DNA from: Spirochaetia bacterium
Lineage (GTDB): Bacteria > Spirochaetota > Spirochaetia > SZUA-6 > Bin103
Length of the DNA: 64,000 nucleotides
Direction: 5' to 3'
Assembly: GCA_965208575.1 (NCBI GenBank)
Contig: CBDBOV010000006.1
Location: 1,280,001-1,344,000, forward strand
Within the stretch, counting starts at the first letter, position 1. Every line of letters starts with the position of its first letter. Shown in pieces: positions 49,501-58,036 of the stretch. The translations under genes were made by a program, and so were the position numbers. A model generated the notes under the pieces. That model worked only from the letters and a program-made list of their open reading frames with translations, did no database searches and was not told where the DNA came from.

Positions 49501-49766
49501 AAGTGCCGCCGGTAACGGTGCGCCTGGTCGACCGCCCGGATCTGCCAAGCGTCGGCGCCGGCGAGGCCGCCCAGGGCCCGACCCCGGCGGCGATCGCCAA
49601 CGCCGTGTACGCCGCCACCGGCATTCGCCTGCGCCACACCCCGTTCACCCCGGCGCTGGTGATGGCGGCTCTCGGTTCCGCCGGGAGCACAGCCACGGGT
49701 TCGGCTCACGCGCACCAGAGCCCGCGTTCGGTCTCGACGCCGGGCGGCGTGACCGGCCGCGGCTGA
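46551..49766 (+). CDS. Molybdopterin-binding large subunit (nicotinate dehydrogenase/isoquinoline oxidoreductase beta-like) with three Ala/Pro-rich insertions
   Basis: GKVELGQG, TAGSGS, MHASLGPS, GAGCYGHNGADD, LRSLGAFANVFAIESFMDELA, NQLEGG, GAGEAAQGP. Confidence 0.85.
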   Translation: MNGRIAERLRFEPDRTVTVLSGKVELGQGLNDALTLICSEELALEPNRIRVRCGDTGATPDDGLTAGSGSMERAGAAVRAAARAARLELILRASKRLGVSPGRLVAHAGTICRHPDDVGGERGPAHGKAPRTADRPHSGRGSTAPAAGATAAGGGIDYWELLDPKDAAAPPVRHGHADAAGATSAAAGGAAPTGSTAAELGRRQTHRSRPAAAGMPPAPGDRDHSSPITVAAPRSAPVDGARQVRDSFPPPPKPDAQHLPTTAPNRPLAAQRSEWWRRVDRVVRACANFVHDLRLPDMVHGRVLRPPGYEYRLNAVAADAARAMDGVLAVVVDGSFVAVAAERAEQADAAHAVLAASARWQRQADAHPGERRAPAETTPTRQHGAQVPRPPADSGTPQRGSQAAAAATTLLRRRSPAPGSPAAGRAALREARAEVTPGRQRGSPSPDPPAAGATAALDTPAAATPPAARGGTRRGTDSGRSAPPARLGLPADGRAALYAARAESKAILRRGSPPDTHTATVSATYSRPFLMHASLGPSAAAARLDRDGGLTIWSHTQGPYELRAALAEALRRAPETIRVIHVDGAGCYGHNGADDVALDAALLALAVPGRPVLVTWSREDEHRWEPYGTAMIVTCSADLDAAGSVTRWRHEVRSHAHGTRPRGTPGHSTLLAAWHRATPLTPPAPRNGTDLTAGPQRNAEPLYDFPGLAITTHFVPEAPLRVSALRSLGAFANVFAIESFMDELAARRGADPLAYRLCHLRDERAGRVLYAAVRAAPGRPAPATRSVLSPAPDPVTSADHHRVVGTGIDFAEPVRAADAPATGAAAAPACTGDERPLAPAAATATSTSAEPARAPARAPTGRPPGPPGPPGQSPANATGVAVPSATGNELRGRGMAVARYKNLQACVAVVCDVAVDPGSGRIRLLHAAIAADAGRIVDRDGLANQLEGGFLQAASWTLKEAVRWDREAIRSTDWDTYPVLRFSEVPPVTVRLVDRPDLPSVGAGEAAQGPTPAAIANAVYAATGIRLRHTPFTPALVMAALGSAGSTATGSAHAHQSPRSVSTPGGVTGRG

Positions 49767-50082
49767 GCCGTCGCCGTCGCGCGCGCGGCTCACACCCGAA
49801 CATGCGCCTGCTGGCGGCGAATCGCTGCCGAAACGCCGCAGCGGCACGCGCAACTCCGGGTGGCGGCGAACGCATTGCCGGGGCGGGCGGGCGGGCATCG
49901 GTCCCGGGGCGGCGGCCGGGCAGGTGCCGGCGGGGCCTCATGCGCGAAGCAGCGCCCGGGCCGGTGCCGGGCGGCCGCCACCGGGCAGTCGTACCGTGTG
50001 GCGCGCCGGGCGGCGCTCCGCCACGGTACGGCACAGGCGCAGCGGCGGACGGTCCGGGCTCAGCGCCGGTTGGCGGAAGCGG

Positions 50083-52002
50083 TCAGGTAGCGGATTGGGC
50101 GGCGGCGGCGCCGACGGCGGCGGCCGGGATGTCGTCGAACGAGGCGTAGTGCATGCCGTACAGGTTGGCGTACAGGCCGTCGAGCGCCATCAGCTCGTCG
50201 TGCGAGCCCTGCTCGATGATGCGGCCCTCCTGCAGCACCAGGATGCGATCGGCGTTGCGGATGGTGGCCAGGCGGTGGGCGATCACCAGGCCCGTGCGCT
50301 GATGCAGCAGGCCGCGCAGCGCGCGCTGAATCTGCATCTCGGTGTAGCTGTCGACATTGGCGGTCGCCTCGTCCAGCACCAGCACGCGGGTATCGGCCAC
50401 GATGGCACGTGCGAAGCTGATCAACTGGCGCTGACCGAGCGACAGATTGCTGCCGCGCTGCTCCAGGAGCGTGTTGTAGCCTTGCGGCAGGCGGGTAATG
50501 AAGTCGTGCGCGCCCACCGCCCGCGCCGCCTGCTCCACCTCCTCGCCGGTGGCGCCGCGGGCGGCGTAGCGGATGTTCTCAGTGATGGTGCCGGTGAACA
50601 GGAACGGCTCCTGCAGCACCATGCCGATGTGGCGCCCGAGCGACGCCTGGGTCACGTCGCGCACGTCGTGGCCGCCGACCAGGATCTGCCCCTGCCACAC
50701 GTCGTAGAAGCGATGCGCCAGGGCGGTGATGCTGGTCTTGCCGGAGCCGGTCGGCCCCACCAGCGCCACCGTCTCGCCCGGCTCCACCCGGAACGAGATG
50801 TCGTGCAGGATCGGCTGGCCCTCGACGTAACCGAAGGTGACGTTGCGAAACTCCACCGAGCCGTCGATGTCCCCCGGATCGTGCGCGCCGGGGCGATCCT
50901 CGATCTGCACCGGCACGTCGAGCACCTCGAAGATGCGCTGCCCGGAGGCCATGGCGCGCTGCATGATGCTGTACTGCATGGTGACCGACCGGATCGGGGC
51001 GAAGAAGCGCTGCACGTAGAAGAAGAAGGCGACCAGCACGCCAAGCTCGATCGAACCGCCGAGGGTCAGCGCGCCGCCGATCATCACCACCAGGCCGATG
51101 GCCAGGCCGGACAGGGTATCGACGGTGGGGATCATCGCCATCGAGAAGCGCGACGCCCGCACGTGGCTGCGCATGTTGTCGTGCACCTTCTCTTCGTACA
51201 GGTCGAAATTGACCCGCTGGCGGCCCATCTCCTGGATCAGGCGCACGCCGTTGATGCTCTCGGCCAGCGCGCCGTTGGCGGTGGAGCTGCTCTCCCGTGC
51301 CCCCAGGTACGCCCGCCGCGCAAACGGCAGCCAGATACAGCGTACGATCAGCAGGGCGGGTATGATCGCGAGGGTCATCAACCCGAGCGGCATGTTCAGC
51401 GTGAGCAGGATGACGATGATGCCGACCAGCAGCACCAGGTCGCCGATCGCGAACACGGTGGATTCCAGGAACTCCTGCAGCGCGTTTACGTCGCCCTGCA
51501 AGCGGGACATCAGCCGGCCCACCTCGGTACGGTCCATGAACGCCAGCGCGACCCGCTGCAGGTGCGCGTACATGGCGCGGCGCAGGTCGAACAGCACCTG
51601 TTCCGCCACCCGCGCCACCACCGCCTCCTGGATCAGGTTGGCCACGTAGTTGACCAGGACGAGCCCCGCGAACACGGCGCAGGCGCCGAACAGCAGGCCG
51701 CGTGCCGCCGAGCCGGCCTCCGCCATCAGCACGTCGTCCACCACCACGCGGATGATCAGCGGCAGCGCCATCTGCGAGAACGTGAACGCCAGCACCGCGG
51801 CCAGCGAGATCCACAGGCGCGTCCGGTAGGGGCGCACGAACGCCATGAAGCGCTTTACGACCCGGCCGTTGAACGCCGCGCCGAACATCTGTTCTTCCTG
51901 GTTCACCTGCGAGCCGACCGCGGCCAGCGGCGGCTGGTTCCCATTGCGGCGCGCCTTGGCCAGGTACACCTGATCGGTCGGTGCCGCTGTGCGGCTGCTC
52001 AT
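50083..52002 (-). CDS. ABC exporter, permease + ATPase
   Basis: GPTGSGKTS, LSLGQRQ, LVLDEAT, IAHRL. Confidence 0.93.
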   Translation of the reverse strand: MSSRTAAPTDQVYLAKARRNGNQPPLAAVGSQVNQEEQMFGAAFNGRVVKRFMAFVRPYRTRLWISLAAVLAFTFSQMALPLIIRVVVDDVLMAEAGSAARGLLFGACAVFAGLVLVNYVANLIQEAVVARVAEQVLFDLRRAMYAHLQRVALAFMDRTEVGRLMSRLQGDVNALQEFLESTVFAIGDLVLLVGIIVILLTLNMPLGLMTLAIIPALLIVRCIWLPFARRAYLGARESSSTANGALAESINGVRLIQEMGRQRVNFDLYEEKVHDNMRSHVRASRFSMAMIPTVDTLSGLAIGLVVMIGGALTLGGSIELGVLVAFFFYVQRFFAPIRSVTMQYSIMQRAMASGQRIFEVLDVPVQIEDRPGAHDPGDIDGSVEFRNVTFGYVEGQPILHDISFRVEPGETVALVGPTGSGKTSITALAHRFYDVWQGQILVGGHDVRDVTQASLGRHIGMVLQEPFLFTGTITENIRYAARGATGEEVEQAARAVGAHDFITRLPQGYNTLLEQRGSNLSLGQRQLISFARAIVADTRVLVLDEATANVDSYTEMQIQRALRGLLHQRTGLVIAHRLATIRNADRILVLQEGRIIEQGSHDELMALDGLYANLYGMHYASFDDIPAAAVGAAAAQSAT

Positions 52003-54398
52003 GAACGGCCTCCCGCGGCTCCGGAACCGGCACCGGCCGCTTCGTTCGCTCGCGTTGCGGCGGCGGGCTCCGCCGCCGGTTCGGCCGAGCCGTCACCGGC
52101 CTGGCCGTTGCCGCCAGGTGCTGCGACTGGCCATGCGGACGGTGGTTCGCCGGCGCTCTGCGCGGCGGCGGCAGCGGGCACGCTGACCGGCGGTGCGGGC
52201 GCTTCGCCCGCGCTCCGTGCGGCGGCGGCAACGGGCACGCCGACCGGCGGTGCGGACGCTTCGCCCGCGGCGGCTGGTGCCGCCCCGTGGCCGCCGTGGC
52301 CGAACGCGCGGCTTGCTCCAGCCGCAATGCCGTCCGCCGCCGCGGCGCCGTTGCCGCCGGCGGGCGCGCCAGCGGTGCCGTTGCCACCCGACCGCTCGCC
52401 GGCGGCTGCGACCGCGGCCGGGCCAGGCGCTCCCGCGTTGCCTTTTTCCAACCGCCCGGCGGCGGCTGCGGCTCGGTCCGGCTGCGCGGCTCCGCCCGCA
52501 CGCGCGGCACCGTTGCTGCCCGCGACAACCGGTTGCGGCGTCACCGCCTCGCCCGGGACGCTGCCGTCGTGCGCGGCGCCGGTGGTGCGGCGTGCCTGCA
52601 GCTCGAACAGCGCCGCGTAACGGCCGCCGCGCGCCAGCAGTTGCTCGTGGCTGCCGCGCTCCACGACCCGGCCCCGGTCCAGGAACAGGATCTCGTCGGC
52701 GTGCATCAGCGAGCTCAGCCGGTGGGCGATGATGATGGTGGCGCACTGCCGGGTCACCTCGCGCAGCGAGGCGCGGATGCGCTGCTCGGTGCCGGCGTCG
52801 ACCGCCGCGGTGGAGTCGTCGAAGATCATGAACGGCGGACGCAGCATCACGCTGCGCGCAATCGACAGCCGCTGCCGTTGGCCGCCCGACAGCGACACCC
52901 CGCGCTCGCCCACCAGCGTGCGGTAGCCGAGCGGCAGGCTGCGCACCCAGGCGTCGAGCTGCGCCGACGCGGTGGCGTGCGCGATGCGGTCGCGGTCGGC
53001 CCACGGATCGCCGTACGCCACGTTGCGCTCGAGGGCGGAGGTGAACACGAAGCTGTCCTGCTGGATCACCCCGACCGCGTTGCGCAGCGAATCCAGGGTC
53101 ACGTCGCGGATGTCCTGGCCGTCGATGGTGACGCGCCCGCCGGTGACGTCATAGAAGCGCGGCACCAGGTGGGCGATGGTCGACTTGCCTGCGCCCGGCG
53201 GGCCGACGATGCCCAGGGTCTGGCCGGGACCGACCGCGAACGACACCCCGCGCAGCGCTTCCGCGTCGCCGTCCTCGGTCCGGTAGACGAACGATACATC
53301 CTCGAAGCGCAACTCGCCGCCGGTCACCGCCAGCGCCGGCGCGCCCGGCTTGTCGGCCACGTCCGGCTCCTGGTCGAGCACCTCGAACAGCCGCTGGCCG
53401 GAGGAGGAGGCGCGCGCGAACGCGTTCACCATCATGCCGAGCTGGCGCACCGGCAACTGCAGAATGGTCATGAACGCCAGGAACTCGGTGAGCCGGCCCA
53501 CCGTGGCATCGCCGTTCATCACCTTCAACCCGCCCACCAGCAGCACCAGGCACATGGCGGCGTAGTAGGTCATGGTCATGACCGTGGTATTCCGCACCCG
53601 GATGCGGATCCGCTTGCGCGCCAGCAGCAGCGCCCACCGCGAGGCGCGGTCGAACTTGTGCATCTCGTGGTCCTGCGAGGTGAAGGCGCGCACCACGCGA
53701 ATCCCGCTCAGGTTCTCGTCCATCACCCGGGTCAGGATCGACATGCGCTTCTGCAACTGGTACCAGCTCTCGCGCAACTGCAGGCGCGACACGATGGCCC
53801 GCCAGCCCACCACCGGCACGAAGCTCACCGCGACCAGAGCCATCAACGGATCGGTAATGATGAGTTGCCAGGTGCCGAAGCCGATCAGCACGGCCAGGTA
53901 GAACGTGCGCAGCAGGCCGAAGTTCACGAACATGCGCACGCCTTCCACGTCGAGCATGCCGCGCGTCATCAGGTCGCCGGTGTGCACGCGGTCGTGGTAG
54001 CTGAAGCTGAGGTGTTGCAGCTTCTCGTAGTAGGCGAGCCGCAGCGAATACGCAAGCCGCTGGCCGAGCGCCTCGCCCTGCTGCATGTACAGGGCCATGA
54101 ACAGGCCGCGCCCGACGCTGGCGCCGAGCAGCCCGAGGGCCACCATCAACAGCCCGTTGCGGGTCGCCGGGTTCCACTGGGTCGCCGCCTGCAACAGGCC
54201 ATGGATGCCGTCCACCGCCTGTCCCATGAAGCGCGGAATCAGGAGTTGCGCCAGCGCCGCCGCCACGGTGCCGAGAATGCCGATCAGCAGGCGCGCGCGG
54301 TAGCGCAACGCCATGCGCGTGATGCGCGCCAGCACCCCGGCCCCGGTACGGGTGTCGACGAACGGCTGATGCCTGTCGGAAAGTGAAATGGAACTCAT
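51999..54398 (-). CDS. ABC exporter, permease + ATPase, with long Ala-rich C-terminal tail
   Basis: GPPGAGKST, LSGGQRQ, IFDDST (degenerate site typical of heterodimeric exporters), IAHRL. Confidence 0.9.
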   Translation of the reverse strand: MSSISLSDRHQPFVDTRTGAGVLARITRMALRYRARLLIGILGTVAAALAQLLIPRFMGQAVDGIHGLLQAATQWNPATRNGLLMVALGLLGASVGRGLFMALYMQQGEALGQRLAYSLRLAYYEKLQHLSFSYHDRVHTGDLMTRGMLDVEGVRMFVNFGLLRTFYLAVLIGFGTWQLIITDPLMALVAVSFVPVVGWRAIVSRLQLRESWYQLQKRMSILTRVMDENLSGIRVVRAFTSQDHEMHKFDRASRWALLLARKRIRIRVRNTTVMTMTYYAAMCLVLLVGGLKVMNGDATVGRLTEFLAFMTILQLPVRQLGMMVNAFARASSSGQRLFEVLDQEPDVADKPGAPALAVTGGELRFEDVSFVYRTEDGDAEALRGVSFAVGPGQTLGIVGPPGAGKSTIAHLVPRFYDVTGGRVTIDGQDIRDVTLDSLRNAVGVIQQDSFVFTSALERNVAYGDPWADRDRIAHATASAQLDAWVRSLPLGYRTLVGERGVSLSGGQRQRLSIARSVMLRPPFMIFDDSTAAVDAGTEQRIRASLREVTRQCATIIIAHRLSSLMHADEILFLDRGRVVERGSHEQLLARGGRYAALFELQARRTTGAAHDGSVPGEAVTPQPVVAGSNGAARAGGAAQPDRAAAAAGRLEKGNAGAPGPAAVAAAGERSGGNGTAGAPAGGNGAAAADGIAAGASRAFGHGGHGAAPAAAGEASAPPVGVPVAAAARSAGEAPAPPVSVPAAAAAQSAGEPPSAWPVAAPGGNGQAGDGSAEPAAEPAAATRANEAAGAGSGAAGGRS
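52145..52275 (-). repeat. Imperfect 57-bp in-frame tandem repeat in the ABC exporter tail
   Basis: AGEASAPPVGVPVAAAARS / AGEAPAPPVSVPAAAAAQS / AGEPP. Confidence 0.7.
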
Positions 54399-54449
54399 CA
54401 AGGCTGCACTTAAGTGCAAGTGCTCCCTTAATATACGGTCGGCAGAATC

Positions 54450-54884
54450 ATGGGCAAGGTGAACAACTGTACCACTTGTACGATTTGCAGGATCATCTCC
54501 GGTGAGTTGCCTTCCGCCCCGGTCCTGGAGAATTCGGAGGTGATTGCATTCATGGACCTGCGCCAGCCGCAGCCGGGCCACGTGCTGGTGGTGCCGCGCA
54601 CCCACTACGCGCGCCTCGGCGAGCTTCCCGCGGAGCTGGCGTGCGCGATGACACAGGCCGTGCTGCGCCTGACCGCGGCAATCTACCGCACGCTCGCGCC
54701 GGCCGGCGTCAACCTGACCCTGGCCGACGGCCGCGCCGCCGGCCAGGAAATCATGCACGTGCACCTGCACATCCGCCCCCGTGCGCCCGGAGACGGCGTG
54801 CTCACCGTCCGCCCCTGCGCCCCCTCCGACCAGGCCGAACTGGCCGCCCTCGCCGCCCGCATCCGCGCGCAGATGGCCGAATGA
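54450..54884 (+). CDS. HIT-family hydrolase
   Basis: CTICRI, PGHVLVVP, AGQEIMHVHLHI. Confidence 0.92.
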   Translation: MGKVNNCTTCTICRIISGELPSAPVLENSEVIAFMDLRQPQPGHVLVVPRTHYARLGELPAELACAMTQAVLRLTAAIYRTLAPAGVNLTLADGRAAGQEIMHVHLHIRPRAPGDGVLTVRPCAPSDQAELAALAARIRAQMAE

Positions 54885-55104
54885 CCGTGCCTGACCGCGC
54901 CCGCCGCGCCACATTGGCCGGCACAGGCGTCGCTCCGGATCCTGACCCTGTCGCAGACACGCGGAGCAGCGCCCGTCGTCCTGCGCCGACTGTGGCCGTG
55001 GCGTGGTAGTCTGTCGCCATGGCGAGAGGCGCAACACCGGCCCGTGCACCCCGCTCAGCCACGTGGGTGTCGCGGTGCTGCGTTACCGTCCGGGGAGCCG
55101 CCGC

Positions 55105-56904
55105 GTGAAGCTGTTGCACTACCTGGAGATCCAGAACTTCAAGCGGTTCGGCGACAGCGAGCGCATCGAACTGGATCACCCGGCGGTGCTGATCGGACCC
55201 AACAACTGCGGCAAGACCACGGCCATACAGGCGATCGCGCTGTGGTCGCAGGCGGTGCGGGCGTGGCACGCAAGCAAGGGCAAGGCACCGCCGAGGCAGC
55301 GCACCTCCACCTCGTTGAACCGCCTCACCATTGTCGCCGTACCCGTGCAGCGTACGCGCTACTTCTGGCACAACGCGGCCGTGCGCGCCGGCAACACCGA
55401 CATTCCGTTGCGGATCACGCTCGGCGTCCTGCACGACCACAAGGTGGAGCCGGTTACGATGCAGTTTCGCAATCAGGGTGAGGACCTGGTGTACTGCACC
55501 CCCGACGAATCGACCCTGGCGCGGCCGGAGCTGGTCGCCACGGCCGCCGCGCTGAACGTCGAACTGCTCTATCCGATGTCGGGCCTGGAGACCGAGGAGC
55601 CGATTCTGCAGCGCGGGCGCATCGACGTGCTGCTCGGCCAGGGCCAGACCGCGCAGGTGCTGCGCAACCTGTGTCTGCTGGTATACCAGGCGAACCCGGA
55701 TAACTGGAAGCGGATCGCCGAATGGATGCAGCGCCTGTTCAACGTCACGTTCAGCGACCCGAAAGAGACCTCTCGGGGAAGCATCGACCTGTTCTATCGG
55801 CAGGATTCGGTCAGAGAACCCCTCGACGTTGCCGTGGCGGGCCGTGGTTTGCAGCAGATGCTGCTGTTGCTAGCGTATCTCTACTCGCATCGCCGCAGCG
55901 TCATCCTGATCGACGAACCGGACGCGCACCTGGAGATCCTGCGGCAGAAACAGGTGTACGTCCTGTTGCGCGAACTTGCCGCCGAGAACGAGTCACAAGT
56001 GATTCTCGTCACCCACTCGGAAGTGATCCTGGACGAGGCGCTCGACCACAACCTCACCCTCCTCCTTGCCGGCCGGGCCGACGACGTGGCGGCAAGGGCC
56101 TCAATCAGAAATGCGCTCAAGCACTACGGCGCCGAGCACTACGTCCGCGCCCGCGAACGGGGCTACGTGCTGTATGTCGAAGGCGGTACCGACATCGAGA
56201 TCCTCCGAGCCCTGGCCGAACGGATCGGGCACCCCGCAGCGGCCGAGTGGGACGAGCGAATCAACTCGTTCTACGTGGCCGACAACTATCCCGACACCAG
56301 CCTGGATTCCGAGCTGGCCCGCGTCGAGGGGGGCTTCGGCGTCACGCCGCAACGGCACTTTCACGCACTGCGCGGCATGGTGCCGGGGCTGATCGGACTG
56401 GCGATCCTCGACAACGATGGGAGGGCGCGCCAGGACTCCACCGAAGGCGGACTCACCATCCGTTACTGGCAGCGGTACGAATGCGAAAACTATGTCGTAA
56501 CGCCCGAGACGCTGGGCGAGTTCGCCAGGGACTACTACCGGGAGACCCCGTTGTTCGGTGGATTCCAGACCGAGATCGACGAGAGCCTGGACACCGTGAT
56601 TCTGGAACACATCTTTGCCGGCCGCGAACAGGACTTCGAACTGTGGCGGGCGGCGGACGAAGCGACCCGGCGGCTGCTGTGGGAAGCTCGCACCGAGCAC
56701 CTCAAGCTGAGTTCGTTTGCCGAGGAATTCTTTCGCCGTCTCGCGCAGCGGCTCGGACACGCCATGCTGCTGCGCAAAGGGGAACTCCATCGGCTCGTGG
56801 AGTATCTTCCCGTAGAGCGCATTCCCGAGGAGGTCGCCGGCAAGCTGGACCTGGTCGCCGGCCTGTTCGCGGGCGCCCGCCGCGAACAAACCGAGACCGG
56901 ATAG
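55105..56904 (+). CDS. ABC-type ATPase + TOPRIM protein (OLD-family-like nuclease)
   Basis: IQNFKRF, GPNNCGKTT, GRGLQQ, LIDEPDAHL, VTHS, TOPRIM YVEGGTD and ILDND, RYECENY. Confidence 0.8.
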   Translation: MKLLHYLEIQNFKRFGDSERIELDHPAVLIGPNNCGKTTAIQAIALWSQAVRAWHASKGKAPPRQRTSTSLNRLTIVAVPVQRTRYFWHNAAVRAGNTDIPLRITLGVLHDHKVEPVTMQFRNQGEDLVYCTPDESTLARPELVATAAALNVELLYPMSGLETEEPILQRGRIDVLLGQGQTAQVLRNLCLLVYQANPDNWKRIAEWMQRLFNVTFSDPKETSRGSIDLFYRQDSVREPLDVAVAGRGLQQMLLLLAYLYSHRRSVILIDEPDAHLEILRQKQVYVLLRELAAENESQVILVTHSEVILDEALDHNLTLLLAGRADDVAARASIRNALKHYGAEHYVRARERGYVLYVEGGTDIEILRALAERIGHPAAAEWDERINSFYVADNYPDTSLDSELARVEGGFGVTPQRHFHALRGMVPGLIGLAILDNDGRARQDSTEGGLTIRYWQRYECENYVVTPETLGEFARDYYRETPLFGGFQTEIDESLDTVILEHIFAGREQDFELWRAADEATRRLLWEARTEHLKLSSFAEEFFRRLAQRLGHAMLLRKGELHRLVEYLPVERIPEEVAGKLDLVAGLFAGARREQTETG

Positions 56905-56965
56905 CGGTGCGCGCGGTGCGCCGCTTGCGTTGACAGGGCGGAGCGGCGTTCGTAGGGTCGCAGGC

Positions 56966-57823
56966 ATGCCGATTACCGCGGCCGCAGAGCGCGAGCAGTT
57001 GATCCGGGACGGGTATTGCGTGTTCGAGCAGGTGCTCGATGCCGGCACGGTGGCGGAGCTGAACGAGATGAGCGAGTGGACGCTCGCGCAGGTGGACGCC
57101 TCCCACTTCGCCGAGAACCGGGCGCGCGGCAGCATCATCCCCTACTGGACCTACCCGCACCCGGCCTTCGCCGAGTTGCTGGCGCATCCGGCCGCGCTGG
57201 CGGCGTTCGCCCGGCTCGGGTTCGACCGGCCCCGGGTGTGGAGCGGGTTCGTGATCAGCAAGCCGCCGCACAGCCCGCCGCTGCACTGGCACCAGGACGG
57301 CCTGCTGTGGGAGCATCCGATCAGCTACACCGACCAGCCGCAGCAGTACTTCCTGATGTACTACCTGGTCGACACCAGCCGCGACAACGGCTGTTTGCGG
57401 CTCATACCGGGCTCGCATCTCAAGCGCCACCCCCTGCACGATCAGGACCCGCGCGCTACCGGGGAGCACGACGTGATCCGCGACGTGGCGCTCGATCACC
57501 CGGCGTTCCAGCCCGCGGAGGGAGAGGTCGACGTGCCGGTTCGTGCCGGCGACGTGGTGATCGGCGACGCCCGCCTGCTGCACTCGGCGCACGGCAACGG
57601 CAGCGACCGGCGGCGCACGGTGCTCACCATCTGGTACTGGCCCGCCTACGACGACCTGCCGGGAGCGGTGAAGGCGCTGATCACCGACCACGTCGCCGAG
57701 TCCCCCGAGTGGTGCGACTGGGTGCGGGCGACGCGGTCGATCACCGCGCCGCTCATCCCGGCCTACGACGGCGCCGCCAAGGCGCCGCCGCTGCGCACCG
57801 CCCCCGGCCCCGCCCTGCGCTGA
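56966..57823 (+). CDS. Phytanoyl-CoA dioxygenase (PhyH) family protein
   Basis: WHQD, NGCLRLIPGSH, AGDVVIGDARLLHSAHGN..RR. Confidence 0.9.
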   Translation: MPITAAAEREQLIRDGYCVFEQVLDAGTVAELNEMSEWTLAQVDASHFAENRARGSIIPYWTYPHPAFAELLAHPAALAAFARLGFDRPRVWSGFVISKPPHSPPLHWHQDGLLWEHPISYTDQPQQYFLMYYLVDTSRDNGCLRLIPGSHLKRHPLHDQDPRATGEHDVIRDVALDHPAFQPAEGEVDVPVRAGDVVIGDARLLHSAHGNGSDRRRTVLTIWYWPAYDDLPGAVKALITDHVAESPEWCDWVRATRSITAPLIPAYDGAAKAPPLRTAPGPALR

Positions 57824-58036
57824 CCGGTTCCCGGAGACCACGGGCCGCTACGCTGCCGGCGCCGACGGCCCGAGCCGGGCGCACGCTCCGCCGCGGGAGT
57901 CGCCGCCGCACGCGGAGCTGATGCGCAGCGTGGTCCGTCGCGTGAGCGACGGGTACGGCTTCGCCCGGCGGGCGGGCCGCGCTGGCCGGGTGGCCGGTCT
58001 TGCGGGCCGTTGCGCCGGGCGCTACATTCCGGCGCG

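Noticed and set aside
49924-54386. Long plus-strand ORFs (898 aa, 699 aa) and similar ones elsewhere
   Set aside because: Antisense shadows of well-supported genes, with no motifs.
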